A stretch of DNA of 64,000 nt from Geosiphon pyriformis uo1 (lineage: Eukaryota > Fungi > Glomeromycota): positions 385,696 through 449,695 of the forward strand of contig JAAOMT010000602.1 in NCBI GenBank assembly GCA_016748015.1, in the 5' to 3' direction. The position numbers and the translations under genes are program-made. Shown here one piece after another: positions 1-12,720 of this stretch (its first letter is position 1; the number at the start of each line of letters is the position of its first letter). A model generated the notes under the pieces. The model was not told the origin of the DNA. It saw only the letters and a list, made by a program, of their open reading frames with translations, and searched no databases.

Positions 1-3000
1 TGTTGGACCATCTAGTTGTTGATAATAAGTTGATTTTGGAGCCTAATGTGATTAAATTTAAAATGGATGTGGTCATGGAAGATTGGACCAAGAAACATGT
101 TGTGGTTACTGATATCTTTAATGTTTGGTCTCATCAATATCAATCTTTGAAGTATGTTTTTAATGAAGCTTTTTCTGATGTGATGTGTTTGGTTAAGTTT
201 GATAAACTTTTTGGTGTGATTTCTGATCTGCTTGATGGCAAAGCTGCTGGTTTCTCAAATATTTCAAATAAGCTCTGAAAACATTGTAACAGATCAATTC
301 TGGATATGCTTTTGGTGTTATTGAATTCTTGTCTTTTTGGTAAATTGGTGTCCAGTTCTTGGAAAGAGACTTGGGTTTTGATAATTCCCAAACCATATAA
401 GTGGAAGGGTGTTTTAATAAATATTTGGCCTATTGCTTTAATCAAAACAGCTCGCAAAATCCTATCCAAAATTTTTTCTAATAGGATTTCATTAGCTTGC
501 AGCACTTTTGACATTCTTTGTGGGGATAATTTTTCGGTTTTAAAAAGTATAACAATCCAATCTCCTATTTTTGCAATTGGTTCAGTAATCAAAGATGTTT
601 TGGATAAGAATTGAGAGCTCTGGCTAGTTTGTAAAACATGCAAAAAGTGTATAATTTGGTTGGCTGGGAACATTTTGAGAAGTGTTTGGTTAAGTCAAGA
701 TGTGTAGCAAATTTATTTGATTTTTTGATAATATTCATAAGGATTATATTAATAGAATTATGACTGATTTTGGTTTGACAAGTGGTTATTATGTTTATAA
801 TAGTTTAGATCAAGGTAAAGTCTTTTTTCCTCTCTTGTGGTGTATATTTTATGATCCCTTTTTGTATAAGGTCAAGAGACAGAAGAGTGTGTGTAGATAC
901 AGATTGGGTTTTTATTTTATTTCCAGAAGTGGTCATGCCAAGTCTTAAGCTGGGCTTTCTTCTTTTTTTGCTGCTGGTGTCTTTGTTGATAATACAATTT
1001 GGGTTGGTAACAATCAAACTGCTATTTAATATATACTCAATATTGTTAGTAAATTTTTTTAAATCAATGATATCACTATTAACAATAACAAAACAGTGGC
1101 TATTCCTATTAATTGCAAAGTTGATACACTTTTTTTGTCTATCAGTGGTTTGCTTATTTCTATTGCCAAAAAGGGAGAATCTTATCGATACTTGGGTATC
1201 TATCTTTCAATAGATGGTCTCTCAAAGCTTAGCTTGGCTAAGATGCATTCAGACATTCACTTTTTGTAAAGATGGTTTTAAAAAAGACTGTCTTGGATAA
1301 ACAGTTCTTGTATTTGGTGTCAGCTGTTCTCCATCCTATTGTTAGCTATAGAATACAGTTTAGTTTTGTTCCAATTAGCATATATAACAAGTAAGATGCT
1401 TTAATTCACAAAGACTTGAAATTCAAGTCAGGTTTTCCTATTGATTTGCCTAGTGATATGATCTATCATTCTTTATTTTATGGTTTGAAATCTTTTGTTT
1501 AACTTCAGTTTGAGAGTAAAGTGGCTTCTTTTGTTAGTTTTGTAAATTCTGGTGAGATTTTGGGTCATTTGTTTGCTCACAGATCTCATGACTTGCAAGT
1601 TTTGTGTTGGTGTCCTGTTCATCTCTTAAGTTTTCTTGTTTGTATTTGGGTTAGTTCTACTGATAAATTTTTGGCTGGCATGGTTTGTATTTTTCTAGAG
1701 TGCAATTTGTTCCTAGGTGGCTCTTTTGTCAATTTTTTTTGTTTTTGTGGTGGAATGTTCATGTCTGCTGTTCTTAATGAGTCGAAATTTTCCAAATATC
1801 TCCCATTACTTCAGAGATATGGTGTTGTCTTTGTGAATCAATTTTACAATCATTATGGTGCTGTTTATGATTAGTACATTTTCAAATAGTAGAAGAAATT
1901 GGACCCTCATGGCCCTTTTTGATGGCATAATTTTTTTTCTTGCACATCCTGCTGTTTTGAGTGGCATTGGTTCTTTGAGTATTCTTAAGTCTCATAACTT
2001 TGACTCTGTTTGTAATTGGCTTTCTTGAATTGTTTCTGACAGTTTTTTGGTATATACAGATAGATCTTTAAAGAATCTGGATATGGTTAACAAAAGAGCT
2101 AGTGCTGTAGTTTTTTTTAAGGACATTAATTTGGGTTTAAGTGTAGGTGTTTCGGATTTGATGTCATTTACTTTGGTAGAAATACAAGCTATTGTGTTGG
2201 TCTTGAAGTGTATTTCTCTTTTTAGCTCAGTTCGCTTGTTTTCAGATAGTCAATCTGTTTTAAATGCTTGTAAATTAGAACTGGGTTCAGTGTTCCTGAA
2301 CTTTCACAATTAGTGTTGGATTGAACATCAACATATTGTTAATGTTGTTTGCAATAAGAATTTAAGGGTTTTCTGGCTCAAGGTAAAAAGCCACTCAGGT
2401 GTTTTGAGGAATAAGTATGCTAATATACTTGCTGATACCACTTTTCTCTCTGATTGGTATTTTTCTCCCTGTTTAAATAAATGCTTTTTGGTAACTGATG
2501 GTTGTGTGGTTTTTGGCAATTCTAGACACTTTGTTTGTGATGTTTTTTATTCTGTTTGTTATGCCTATTGGGAGGTTGGTTCTGGTTTTAAGTTTTTAAA
2601 AAGTAAACTGTGTTCTAATATTGACTGGCTCAGCTCATTGTTGGTATGGTATCCTGATTTGCACATGGCCACTGGTTTTATTGGCAGGCCTTCAGCTTCT
2701 GCATACACATATTTTATAAAAGCTTTACATTATTAGCTACCTGTTATCATTCAAATGTGTCTTTATAATTGATATTATCCTGGTGTGTTATGTTTGTATT
2801 GTGGTACTGTGGAGGTGTCAAATCATGCTTTCTCTTATAACATTGATGGTTCTATTTGTTTTCAGATATTGGATACCTTTGTAACTTCTTGAAAGTCTCT
2901 TTCTGGCCTTTCTTATTCTTTGTTATGTATATTATAGCTGTTATCATTTAGCATTTCTGACATCTTTGTTTCCACAGCTCTTTTTAAGAGTTTTGTTTTT

Positions 3001-3430
3001 GATAGTTGGCTTTATAAGACTATTTCTGTCTTCCATAATCCCAAGATTGCTGGTTTGAAGATTTTTGAGTTTGTACATTCTCTATGTTTTGCTTTTAGGG
3101 ATGATATATGATTGGTTCATGCAAAACATTGTGCTTATATAGAAAAAAATGGCCTGATCTTTATAGATGGGTCATTTTTTGTTTCAATTTCTGGTTTGGT
3201 TTTGGAATTGTTAACTGGTATAATCAGGTTGCTTGGCATCACTAAGGCATTTGGTGTTCACTTTGGCTTTTGTAAACCTTGTTTATTTTTTTTAGGTATT
3301 GGTAATTCTATTTTAGTTTATATAGCTGAATAGTGTTGTCCTAATTGGCCTGAATGACTGGTTGTATATAGAAAGTGCATAATTTACACTTAGTTTAGAT
3401 CATTTTTTTGATATATAGTTCTAGGCAATG
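1..3430 (+). mobile_element. Degenerate non-LTR retrotransposon (LINE), 3' part: RT, RNase H and C-terminal zinc finger of ORF2, plus 3' UTR; truncated by the window edge
   Basis: Broken ORFs give RT motifs (WKETWVLIIPKP, PIALIKTARKILSKI, DQGKVF.PLLW, FVDNTIWVG ~975-1005), RNase H motifs (VYTDRSL 2047; WLKVKSHSG..RNKYAN ~2375-2425) and CLYCG..E..NH (~2790). ORF2 stops at 3333 and is followed by a 3' motif shared with other copies. Many stops and frameshifts. Confidence 0.9.
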
Positions 3431-3449
3431 TTTGGATTTTACTTATAAA

Positions 3450-6130
3450 GCATATTAAAAACAAAATTTACAATTATTTATTAATTAATTTGTAAATATA
3501 AAACTTAGTTTTTTTGACTGCTTAATTAATTTATGAAATTTGAACTTATTTAAAACTAATAATATTAATAAGTTAATATTATTAACAAAAAAAAATCTTA
3601 ATATTATTTAAACTAATTTTTAACTTTTTAAATAAGTTTATAATATTAAATAAAAACAATTAATAAAATCTGTAATGACAATTATAAAATATGATAACAA
3701 ACTAACAATTTTTTATTTAAAAATATGCAAATTTGTAAAATAGTAAACAAATAATATTTTAAATAGACCAAAATTATTAGTAAATTTTAAATATAACACA
3801 ATTTTATTCTTAATTTAAACTTAAAAAAAATTTAATATTATATAAAAAATAATAAAAAATAATAATAATAATAAAATGAATAAATATATTAGCTTTAATT
3901 TAAAATATTTATAAATTTATTTGTTTTATTTTTCTAATGTCTTATTATTAATAAAATTAAACTAAATACAGTAATAAATAATAAGAATTAAAACTGTTGT
4001 AAATAAATATATTAATTGTTTATTTAATATGTTTTTTTATAATATAAGATCATAAAAAAATTTAACATCTAAATTCGTTTTTTTTAAATTAAAAATACTT
4101 AAAATTTTTGTTAACAGCATAATATTTAAATATTTATAAGATTCATTTATTATAATAATATTAATAATATAATTATAAATAGATAAATTAGCCATTTTAA
4201 TTTTAAAATATATAAAAATAATATGTATTTTCTTGTTATTTACAAAAATATTATTAACATAAAAGAATTAAATTATAATATTTAAAAATTTTTAGGTTGT
4301 AATATATTAATTATTAATCTAAATTGTATTATTAAAAAATACATAATTATACTTAAACTTTAAAATAATTTGTTTATTTTATTAATAAATTAAATATTTA
4401 TTTTGTAGTTATGCAAATTAGTTTTATTTTTAATTTTACACAAAAAAAAGTCATAAAAAATATTTTAAAAAAATGACAAAAAAACTTTGTTTTAATCCAA
4501 TTTATTATGTACAACATATTTATTAATTAATTATAGTTTTATTTACTTTATTATTGTAAATATCTGCAAAAAAGCAAATAAATTTCTTATATATTTTAAT
4601 TTTTTTCAAGCTATTTTTAAAGTAAATTTATCTTATAAAATTAATTACAATTGTTTATTTTTTTAATATATTTTTTATTAAAAAAGCCTATAATAAATAT
4701 AAAAAATCGAGTAAAAATATTTTTAAATATTAAAAAGTTGTTTTTATAAAAAATATTAAATCTATTATAAGCAAAAAAAATTTTTAGGCAGTTTTAATTA
4801 AAGCTATAAGTTTTGTATTAATTAAAACTTTTTTTTATTTGTATAACTTCGAAATTATAAATATTTAAGTTTTATTTTATAAAAAAACACAAATTTACAT
4901 AACAAATATGTATTCAATAAAACCAAAAAAATCTAAAATAAAAATATTATACTACTTTTAAAGTTTATTAATAATAATAAACAGATCAATAGCTTTTCTG
5001 TTCAGTAATTCTTAAATTATATTTAAAAGTTTATCTTAACTAATAAAATTTAAAATATTAGCAAAAGTATTATTATTAATATACTTACATATTAAAAATC
5101 TTAGTTAGCATTATTTTTTTTTGTTTAATTCATTAATTTCAGATTTTATTTTATTAGAAAGAAATATAATATAATTGTTTATAATTAAATAATTCAAAAT
5201 TATTTTTCAAAAAAAACATATTTTTTTATTTAATTAAATATGTTACAATATTAAGTTTTAATTATTGTATATTATTATTAAAAATTTAACATATTTTTAT
5301 TGTTGTAATATAATTTAAAATTTAAATTAAATATTATTCTTAATTTTAATAAGAATATTATGTTTTTTTTAAAAAAATTTAAAATTAATTTTATAAAAAC
5401 AATTATAATAATTATTTATATTAATTTAAATAAGTTGAATATATTTAAAGTTAATAAGTTATTAGTTTTTAGAAGAAATATTTTGTTAATTATAATTTAA
5501 TAAAAAGATTTGTTTTAATACATTATTTATTTTAAATATTAAATTTTTTATTTTTGTTGTAAAATATATTTTTTAAAAATATAAATTTTTTATAGTATTA
5601 TTTTATGTTTTAATACTTTTTGTTATTTTTAAAATATTAATAACTTTTTTTAAAGTAAATATAAATTTTTATAAATTTTAACTTAAAATAATTAAATCTT
5701 ATTTAATTATTTAAATTTTAATTTAAATTGTTTAAAATTTTTCTTATTTTATATATTAAAAATATGTATATTATTATTATTTTATAATAAATTAGTATAA
5801 AAATTAAAATTGTGTTAATTATATTTGAATAATTAATATAATTTGTAAAATATTAATTAATGTTAAGTTAATACGAATTAAAATTAATTTTATAATAATT
5901 TCTGAACTAAATTTTTAATTAATAACAATAATTTTTTTTAAAAAGATTAATAATAGTAATTTTATAAAACTAATTACATTAATTAAATAACTTACTTATT
6001 TAATTTGTTTTTTTATTTAAATTTTTTTATTTGTTTTTATTTTTATATAATTATTATTTTTGTTATATGTTAGTATATTACTTTAATTTTGTAATAAATT
6101 TTTTTTATTATATTTAACAAGCAAAATTCA
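3450..6130. other. Extremely AT-rich tract, probably fully eroded repeat DNA
   Basis: Very few G/C, no ORF >=60 aa in the track, flanked by decayed LINE copies. Identity not recoverable by eye. Confidence 0.5.
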
Positions 6131-6139
6131 AATACAGCT

Positions 6140-9100
6140 TTAATATTATATATCAAATTAAATAATTTAAATTAAGTATAAATTATATACTTTCAACATA
6201 TAACCAGTTATTTGAACCAATTAAAAAAATGCTATATTAAAACAAAAAGAGCTAAAAATAAATTTAGTTTATAAATACTCTTAATAATACTATTCAAATT
6301 TTTAAAATCAAAAATAAATTCATTAAAAAAACAATTTAATTGTTTCAATATTATTCTTAATATTAGAACTTAATATATATTATAAAACAATTATATATTT
6401 AATAGTGTTTTCACTTAAAAAAAGCTTAGTAGTATTACCAATAAAAAATTTAAGATATTATATAGTATAAAATTATTTTTATAAATCTTATCATTAATTA
6501 ATATATATTATTATTTTAATTTATTACTTATTATTTTATTAAATTATCTGAATTATTATTTAATTAATAATATAATTTGTATAATACACAAATTATAATA
6601 ATTAAATTACATAATATCTTGAACTATATAATATTTAAAAATTTAATAAAAGTTGTAAAAATTTGCCAAAATATTTAATAGTTTATTAAAATACTAAATA
6701 GTTTGTAGAAATAACTTGTAGTTTATTAAAATATATCTTTAATTCAGTAAAATAATAGCAAAGAAAAAAGTGCAAATTTATAGATTAGTATTATAACAAA
6801 TTATATAAAAAAAAAGCTTTTTTCTTTAAAAAAATATATTTTAGTTAGAATTATTTTCATTAAAAATAACTTTTTTTAATATTTATACAAATTATTTTAA
6901 TAAAAACTATATTAATAATTATTTTACTTAAAATTCTTTAAATTTTTTCTAATAATTTGAAATTAATTAGCTATTAATTTCAATAATCTGTTAGTAATTT
7001 CAGACCTAAACAAAAAATAATTCTCTTAACAAAATTTTTTTTTTTATATTTTTATATTTTTTTTATTATATATATTAAAATAATCTATAAACAAAATTTC
7101 TGTAAAAAAGTTGATTTTCATAACAAAGTAACTACATATTTTTACTAAGGTTTTAAATATACATTTTTTGAAAAAAAATTGACTTTTATCATAAAATAAC
7201 TATACAAATAACTAACATGAAATTGGCTATTTTACTTATAAATTTAGTAGTTTAAATTATAAAAGATAATTTGAAGATAAATTTAGTTATTAAAAGTTCA
7301 ACAGCTTTCAATAATTAAAAATTACCAGCAAAATAATATTAATAATATTCAAAAAAAAAACTAAAAATCTTTAGCAATAGCAGTCAATATTTTATTATTG
7401 TTTATTTTATTAAAATTAATCTTAAACTTAAAACAAGCAATGTTTTTATAAACATTAATCAAAAAATTAACAAAATTATTAACAGTATATTTTATAAAAA
7501 GCAAATTTTTCTATTCAAAGTTTTTTGCCAACATTATTATTTAAAAGAATAGTAATTAAAACAACTAAAAAACCAATAAACTTAATAACAAATTTAACCA
7601 AAACAACTAAACTTGAAATTTGAAGTTTCAAAAAATTTAATCTAAATTTAATAGCAAAATCAATAACTAAAGCAACCAAAAAAATAGCAAAAAAAAAAGT
7701 CATAACATAAGTAACAGCCATAATATAAGTTTTATTATTAATAAAAAATAATATAAAATATCTAAAGCTAACAACAAACTTAAAAAAAAAAGATAAAAAC
7801 ATTTTGCAGTTAGTAAACAAATAGTTTAAATTCTAATATCTGTAATAATAATAGCATCAAAAGTTTTTTATTGAATATAATATTTACATAAAGTACTAGT
7901 TTTTATAATAACAAAATTTAAAACTTTATAAAAACCAAATATCATAATAGTAAAGTATTAATAAGAATAAAAATTTAAAAAATAAAAAATAAAACAAGTA
8001 TAGCCACCAAACTAAAAAATCATATTATTAATTTTAAAAACAATATAGTTAAAAAAAAATTTAATCAACTTGATTTTAAAATTATTATGAAAAAAAATCT
8101 GAATATTGTTTTTTTTAATTAGCACAAACCAATTATTAAAAATAACAACAATTAAAAAAAAGGTCTTAAAAATTATAATAATATATTATTATAAACCAAT
8201 AGACTTTAACTTAACAAAAATAATAATACCAAAAATATTAAGAGTATTTTTAATATTATTAAAAGATATACTAAAAAAAACATTACAAAATGCAACAAAA
8301 ATAGAGAAAAAAAAGCCAGAAGTTACTATTAAAAATTTTGTAATTTTAAAAATAATCAAGAAAAAACCCATTAATTAAAACTTTAATAATTATAATTAAA
8401 AAAACTTTAAAAGCAAAATTTACACAAAACAACTTAGTATTGTTTTTTAAAACTAACTTAAGTCCAATAAAACCAAACAATAAATGAAATAAAAAATTAA
8501 CCAAAATTAATTTAATCTTAAAAATAGCAAAATAAAAATCATTAATTTAAAAAACTTTTAATAACTGAAAATTGGTTTTTAAATATTATTAAAAACAATA
8601 CTAAAAAACAAAAAAATAGAGATTGAGTTAGTTTTTATTTAATTAGCTTAATTTTTAAGATTATATAACTTAATAAATTGTTTAACTTTTAAAATTAATA
8701 ATAATCTATTGAAAAAAACCATATTTAATAATATAATTAATAGTTAATTTTAGCCTATTTTGAAAAATATGCTATTATTGTTGTTTTTTAGATTAAAAAA
8801 AAAGTTAGTTACTATTAAAAAGATCTTATTTAAGATTTTATTTATAACTACAAAAAGATTTAATATAATAATAACAGACACAAGTAACTGTTGCTGTTTT
8901 TTTGAGTTTTTGGCTTTTTTGGCTATTTGCAAAGTAGTGGCAGTAATATTGGTAATGAAAACAAAAAAAATTAGCTTATTAACTGGTCTGTTGTTAAAAA
9001 CTTTAGGGCTTTTAGAAAAATACTACAATTAATCCAAGTATTTTTTTGAAAAGAACATTGATTAAAGAAAAATCATTAACCAAAAGTAAAAAAAATGGTT

Positions 9101-9290
9101 TAAAAGCTACTAAAAGCAGCTTTTTACTATTATTTAAAAGAAATATAATTATAACATTTTGCCTAGTTGCTTTAACAATAAAAAAACTTTTTTTTATTAA
9201 AACTTTATTAGTTATTATAAGAAAAATAATATTTGAAACTTTTTTACTTTTTGTTCTGGTTATGGTCATAAAAATAAGAGAAAAAAAGTT
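6140..9290 (-). mobile_element. Heavily mutated LINE derivative with ORF1 and the LINE 3' tail but no recognisable ORF2 (HAL1-like)
   Basis: ORF1 start MTITRTKSKK at 9269. 8720-9000 aligns with 24330-24610, and ORF 7515-7820 resembles ORF 22936-23199. The 3' UTR motif (taaccagttatttgaaccaatt) is at ~6200-6222. The remaining ~1.2 kb cannot hold ORF2. Confidence 0.65.
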
Positions 9291-9699
9291 TTGTATTTTT
9301 TAATTATTAAAAAATTTGTTGTAATATAAAAATTTAACAATAAACTAAACATATTAATATAAATATTTTTTGATGTAGATTTTTAAATAATAATAATAAT
9401 AAACAAATATTAAAACCTGCGATGATCAGTTATGTAATGTAAAACCTGCGATAGATTGGATAGATTGGGTAAAACCTGGGATAGATTAGTAAAACCTGCA
9501 ATAGGGTAAAAACCTGTAAACCCCGTGATTGTATCAAGTGAGAAAATGAAATATATAAAATGTGTAAAGAAGGTAAAGGTACATTATCTACTACCATAAC
9601 ATAATCACTAATGGGCGATTATGCTTTGTCTACTAGCTATATTGAAACAAAAAAGGCCATTTGGCGCCCATTATTTATACAATAGTATTTTATTGAATA

Positions 9700-10290
9700 T
9701 TAAGGTACGTGAAGGAGATGTAAAAGCCATTACACTTGTAAATGAAGATGCAAACAAAAATTCAAATTCAAATTTGGCATACGTAGAATATCTTGGATGT
9801 TCCAATAGGGTATAAAATAAAGAATAATTTCTAATCAAAATTAAAAAGTATTAACTTTATCTTTATTTATAGAATGGGTGATACCGTATCAAAAAGACAA
9901 ATCGACCAGCGACTGCCTCTGATCCTTGTCATCAATGTTACGGGAATTAGCACCATTAATGAAAAGAGGTCTCTTCAGAACAAAGATTTACCAGAAGAAA
10001 TCAATTTTCCTAAAGGAAATCAAATTACAAAACAAAGATAAATTTGAATTAAGTCTATCACTTACTGTATTTATTTATTAATTTTTTAATATAGATATCG
10101 CCTGATGGGAGTTTCTTTTTGTAACGACATCCATCATATTGCCGATGTTCGTTTCGAAAATTTTAAAAATTCTGGCTGGTATCAATACGATGGGTTGCAA
10201 AAAACCTACAAAGCAAGGGCAATGGCAATTGGAAGTCGCGTCCTCCTCCCAAAAGTGGTTATACAATGGATTTTGTCATCTATGGAAAGA
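9700..10290 (+). pseudogene. Intron-containing fragment of a USP-like (peptidase C19 fold) cysteine protease inside the TIR element
   Basis: Spliced reading RLPLILVINV..LPEEINFP / YRLMGVSFCNDIHHIADVRF..GWYQYDGL resembles the USP LP.IL.I box and His box (Y.L..V...H...W..YD). The intron donor at ~10038 reads ATAAAT, a probable GT->AT mutation. No Cys box identified. Confidence 0.5.
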
Positions 10291-10308
10291 TTTGAGTTTT
10301 TTGCAATA

Positions 10309-10652
10309 AAAACTGATCGTTATATGTAATAAAGAAGGATCTCTATTTTTAAGCTTACCTGTTTCAATAATAACAGTATTACTTGTTTGAAATTTTCCAT
10401 TCAAAGTTGTGTCACTTAGTTTGGTCAACTTTACAGTACTTTCAATTGGGTTTGCTCTCAAAAGGTGCCGTTGTTCTTAAAAACTGATTGCTATATGTAA
10501 TAAAGAAGGACCTCTATTTTTAAGCTTACCTGTCTCAGTAATAACAGTATTACTCGTTTGAATTTCCCATTCAAAGTTGTGCCACTTAGTTTGGTCGACT
10601 TTACAGTACCTTCAATTGGGTCTGCCCTCAAAAGGGGCCGTTGCTCTTAAAA
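10309..10652. repeat. Two-copy tandem duplication, unit ~171 bp
   Basis: ctgat at 10313 recurs at 10484 and ttcaattggg at 10441 recurs at 10611. Copies differ mostly by C/T and G/A. Confidence 0.9.
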
Positions 10653-10804
10653 AATGTCTATTTATCGCAGATTTCACTTGATACAATCACGGGGTTTACA
10701 GGTTTTTACCCTATTGCAGGTTTTACTAATCTATCGCAGGTTTTACATTACATGGCTGATCATCGCAGGTTTTACTATTTGTTATCTCAGATTTCACCCT
10801 GTCG

Positions 10805-10805
<1 letters not shown>

Positions 10806-10835
<30 letters not shown>
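10806..10835. repeat. (AAT)n microsatellite
   Basis: About 10 consecutive AAT units. Confidence 0.9.
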
Positions 10836-10839
<4 letters not shown>

Positions 10840-12032
10840 TTATTTATACAAAACGTATTTTTTTTATATATTGAAAATTTTTTTATAAATTTTTACAATA
10901 GAAACAATAGGAAATTCCAAGTTTTTAAAATATGAAATACATCTTCAAAAATCTATCGAATTATTAAAATTTATAATTTAATTTGAATTTTATTATTAAC
11001 ATAGAAAATTCACAATTTACAAATTAATTATAATAAAAATTTCTAAAAATTGGGAATTATATTTTTAAAATATATAAACATAGCCAAGTTTTTTTTAATA
11101 TTAAATTTTTGTTAATATAATAAAATTTAAATAAATTAATAATGTTAAACAAATAACATATATAAATTTGTTATTTTTAATAATTTAGCAAATTTTGAAT
11201 TCTTTTTTGACTTAACTTGTTTTTATATTAAAGATATCTTGCATGTTAACTTTATTAATTTACCAAAAAAAATGGAAATTAATTAAATGGTATTATAAAA
11301 TTATCTTATTTTAAAAACTAAAACTATAGCTTTTATTTATAGGAAATTCGATTCTATAATTAGTTCACAACCAACCTGATTAGGGTAGATCGGAGAATAT
11401 TACACCACTTCTCCTCAAATTCTTAGCTCCTGTTTCTTTTAACATTTTTTAGAAGGTGATAGATTGTGGTAAGAGAGACGTTTATTCCAGCTTGTATTTC
11501 TTTGCTCTTTATTACAAATATAACACAGCTTGGCATTGCATTTCTGTCTTAGAAACCAACATTTCAAAATAAGGTTTTTAAAAAAAGTTTACTATAATAA
11601 TGCACTAAAAAATTATCAAAAACTTTGCCAATTACCTTGTGTTCCAGTTCTATGTTACAATATGCAAATCGGCTCCGAATTGGATTGGTTGTAAATAGAC
11701 GTATTTAAAATTTGAGCATTTGATGTCATCTGTGAAACTGTTGCTGCAAGATTTGGTTGTATTGTTTTTTTATATCCAAGATGCTATTCAGATATTAGAT
11801 TTTATGACGGTTCAGTTTTGTGAATGGTGTTTTTTTGAGCAATAAGTTTAGAAAAAAAGGGAAAAAATTCCGCAGCTTTGGAACTAGAAAATGTTGACTG
11901 TCACTGTTTTTAATATAGAAATTAAATAACTAAGCATAAAACAAATTTTTAATGAACCAAGAATTTTTCATTATTCTCATAAATACATTTTTATTAACTT
12001 AATTTTTTTTGGAAAATGAAAGTAGAAATTGT

Positions 12033-12720
12033 GAAAATCAGGAAGAATAGTTGCATCTTAATTTAAAATCAAGTCTTTCGGCATATTAATCGATTTTAGA
12101 ATTGAAAAGAAATCAAATAATTTCAAGGTTATATGTTCAAATGAATTACTCTATTAAATAAAATTGACATGAAAGCTTAAAAAAACATAACATATTATAT
12201 CAAGAAAATCAGGAAGAATAGTTGCATCTTAATTTAAAATCAAGTCTTTCGGCATATTAATCGATTTTAAAATTGAAAAGAAATCAAATAATTTCAAGGT
12301 TATATTTTCAAATGAATTACTCTATTAAATAAAATTGACATGAAAGCTTAAAAAAACATAACATATTATATCAAGAAAATCAGGAAGAATAGTTGCATCT
12401 TAATTTAAAATCAAGTCTTTCGGCATATTAATCGATTTTAAAATTGAAAAGAAATCAAATAATTTCAAGGTTATATTTTCAAATGAATTACTCTATTAAA
12501 TAAAATTGACATGAAAGCTTAAAAAAACATAACATATTATATCAAGAAAATCAGGAAGAATAGTTGCATCTTAATTTAAAATCAAGTCTTTCGGCATATT
12601 AATCGATTTTAAAATTGAAAAGAAATCAAATAATTTCAAGGTTATATTTTCAAATGAATTACTCTATTAAATAAAATTGACATGAAAGCTTAAAAAAACA
12701 TAACATATTATATCAAGAAA
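12033..12720. repeat. Tandem array of 4 x 171 bp, near-perfect
   Basis: gaaaatcaggaagaatagttgc at 12033, 12204, 12375 and 12546. Copies 2-4 look identical; copy 1 differs at 2 positions. Confidence 0.95.

Larger units (their letters stand above)
9402..10800. mobile_element. Non-autonomous DNA transposon with ~110-140 bp terminal inverted repeats
   Basis: 9402-9541 is the reverse complement of 10674-10783 apart from a 30-bp internal duplication and ~3 substitutions. TIRs are built from repeated TAAAACCTGCGAT motifs. Both flanks are (AAT)n tracts. No transposase seen. Confidence 0.8.

Noticed and set aside
3331-3380. Hammerhead ribozyme in the LINE 3' tail (CTGAATGA...GAAA)
   Set aside because: Spacing does not match CUGANGA, and the core is not retained in the other three copies.
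7515-9303. Short I/K/N/F/L-rich ORFs here and at 24112-24729, 41135-41792, 43308-44233 and 63017-63885 as membrane proteins
   Set aside because: They are compositional artefacts of AT-eroded TE sequence, or antisense/off-frame readings of LINE and gypsy ORFs.
11340-11910. Possible small spliced gene on the minus strand (GT donor ~11635, CNAKLCYIC peptide)
   Set aside because: No continuous reading frame could be assembled; all frames stop within about 35 codons.
12033-12720. CRISPR array or centromeric alpha-satellite
   Set aside because: No unique spacers and a eukaryotic context; only the 171-bp unit length resembles alpha-satellite, and there are just four copies.
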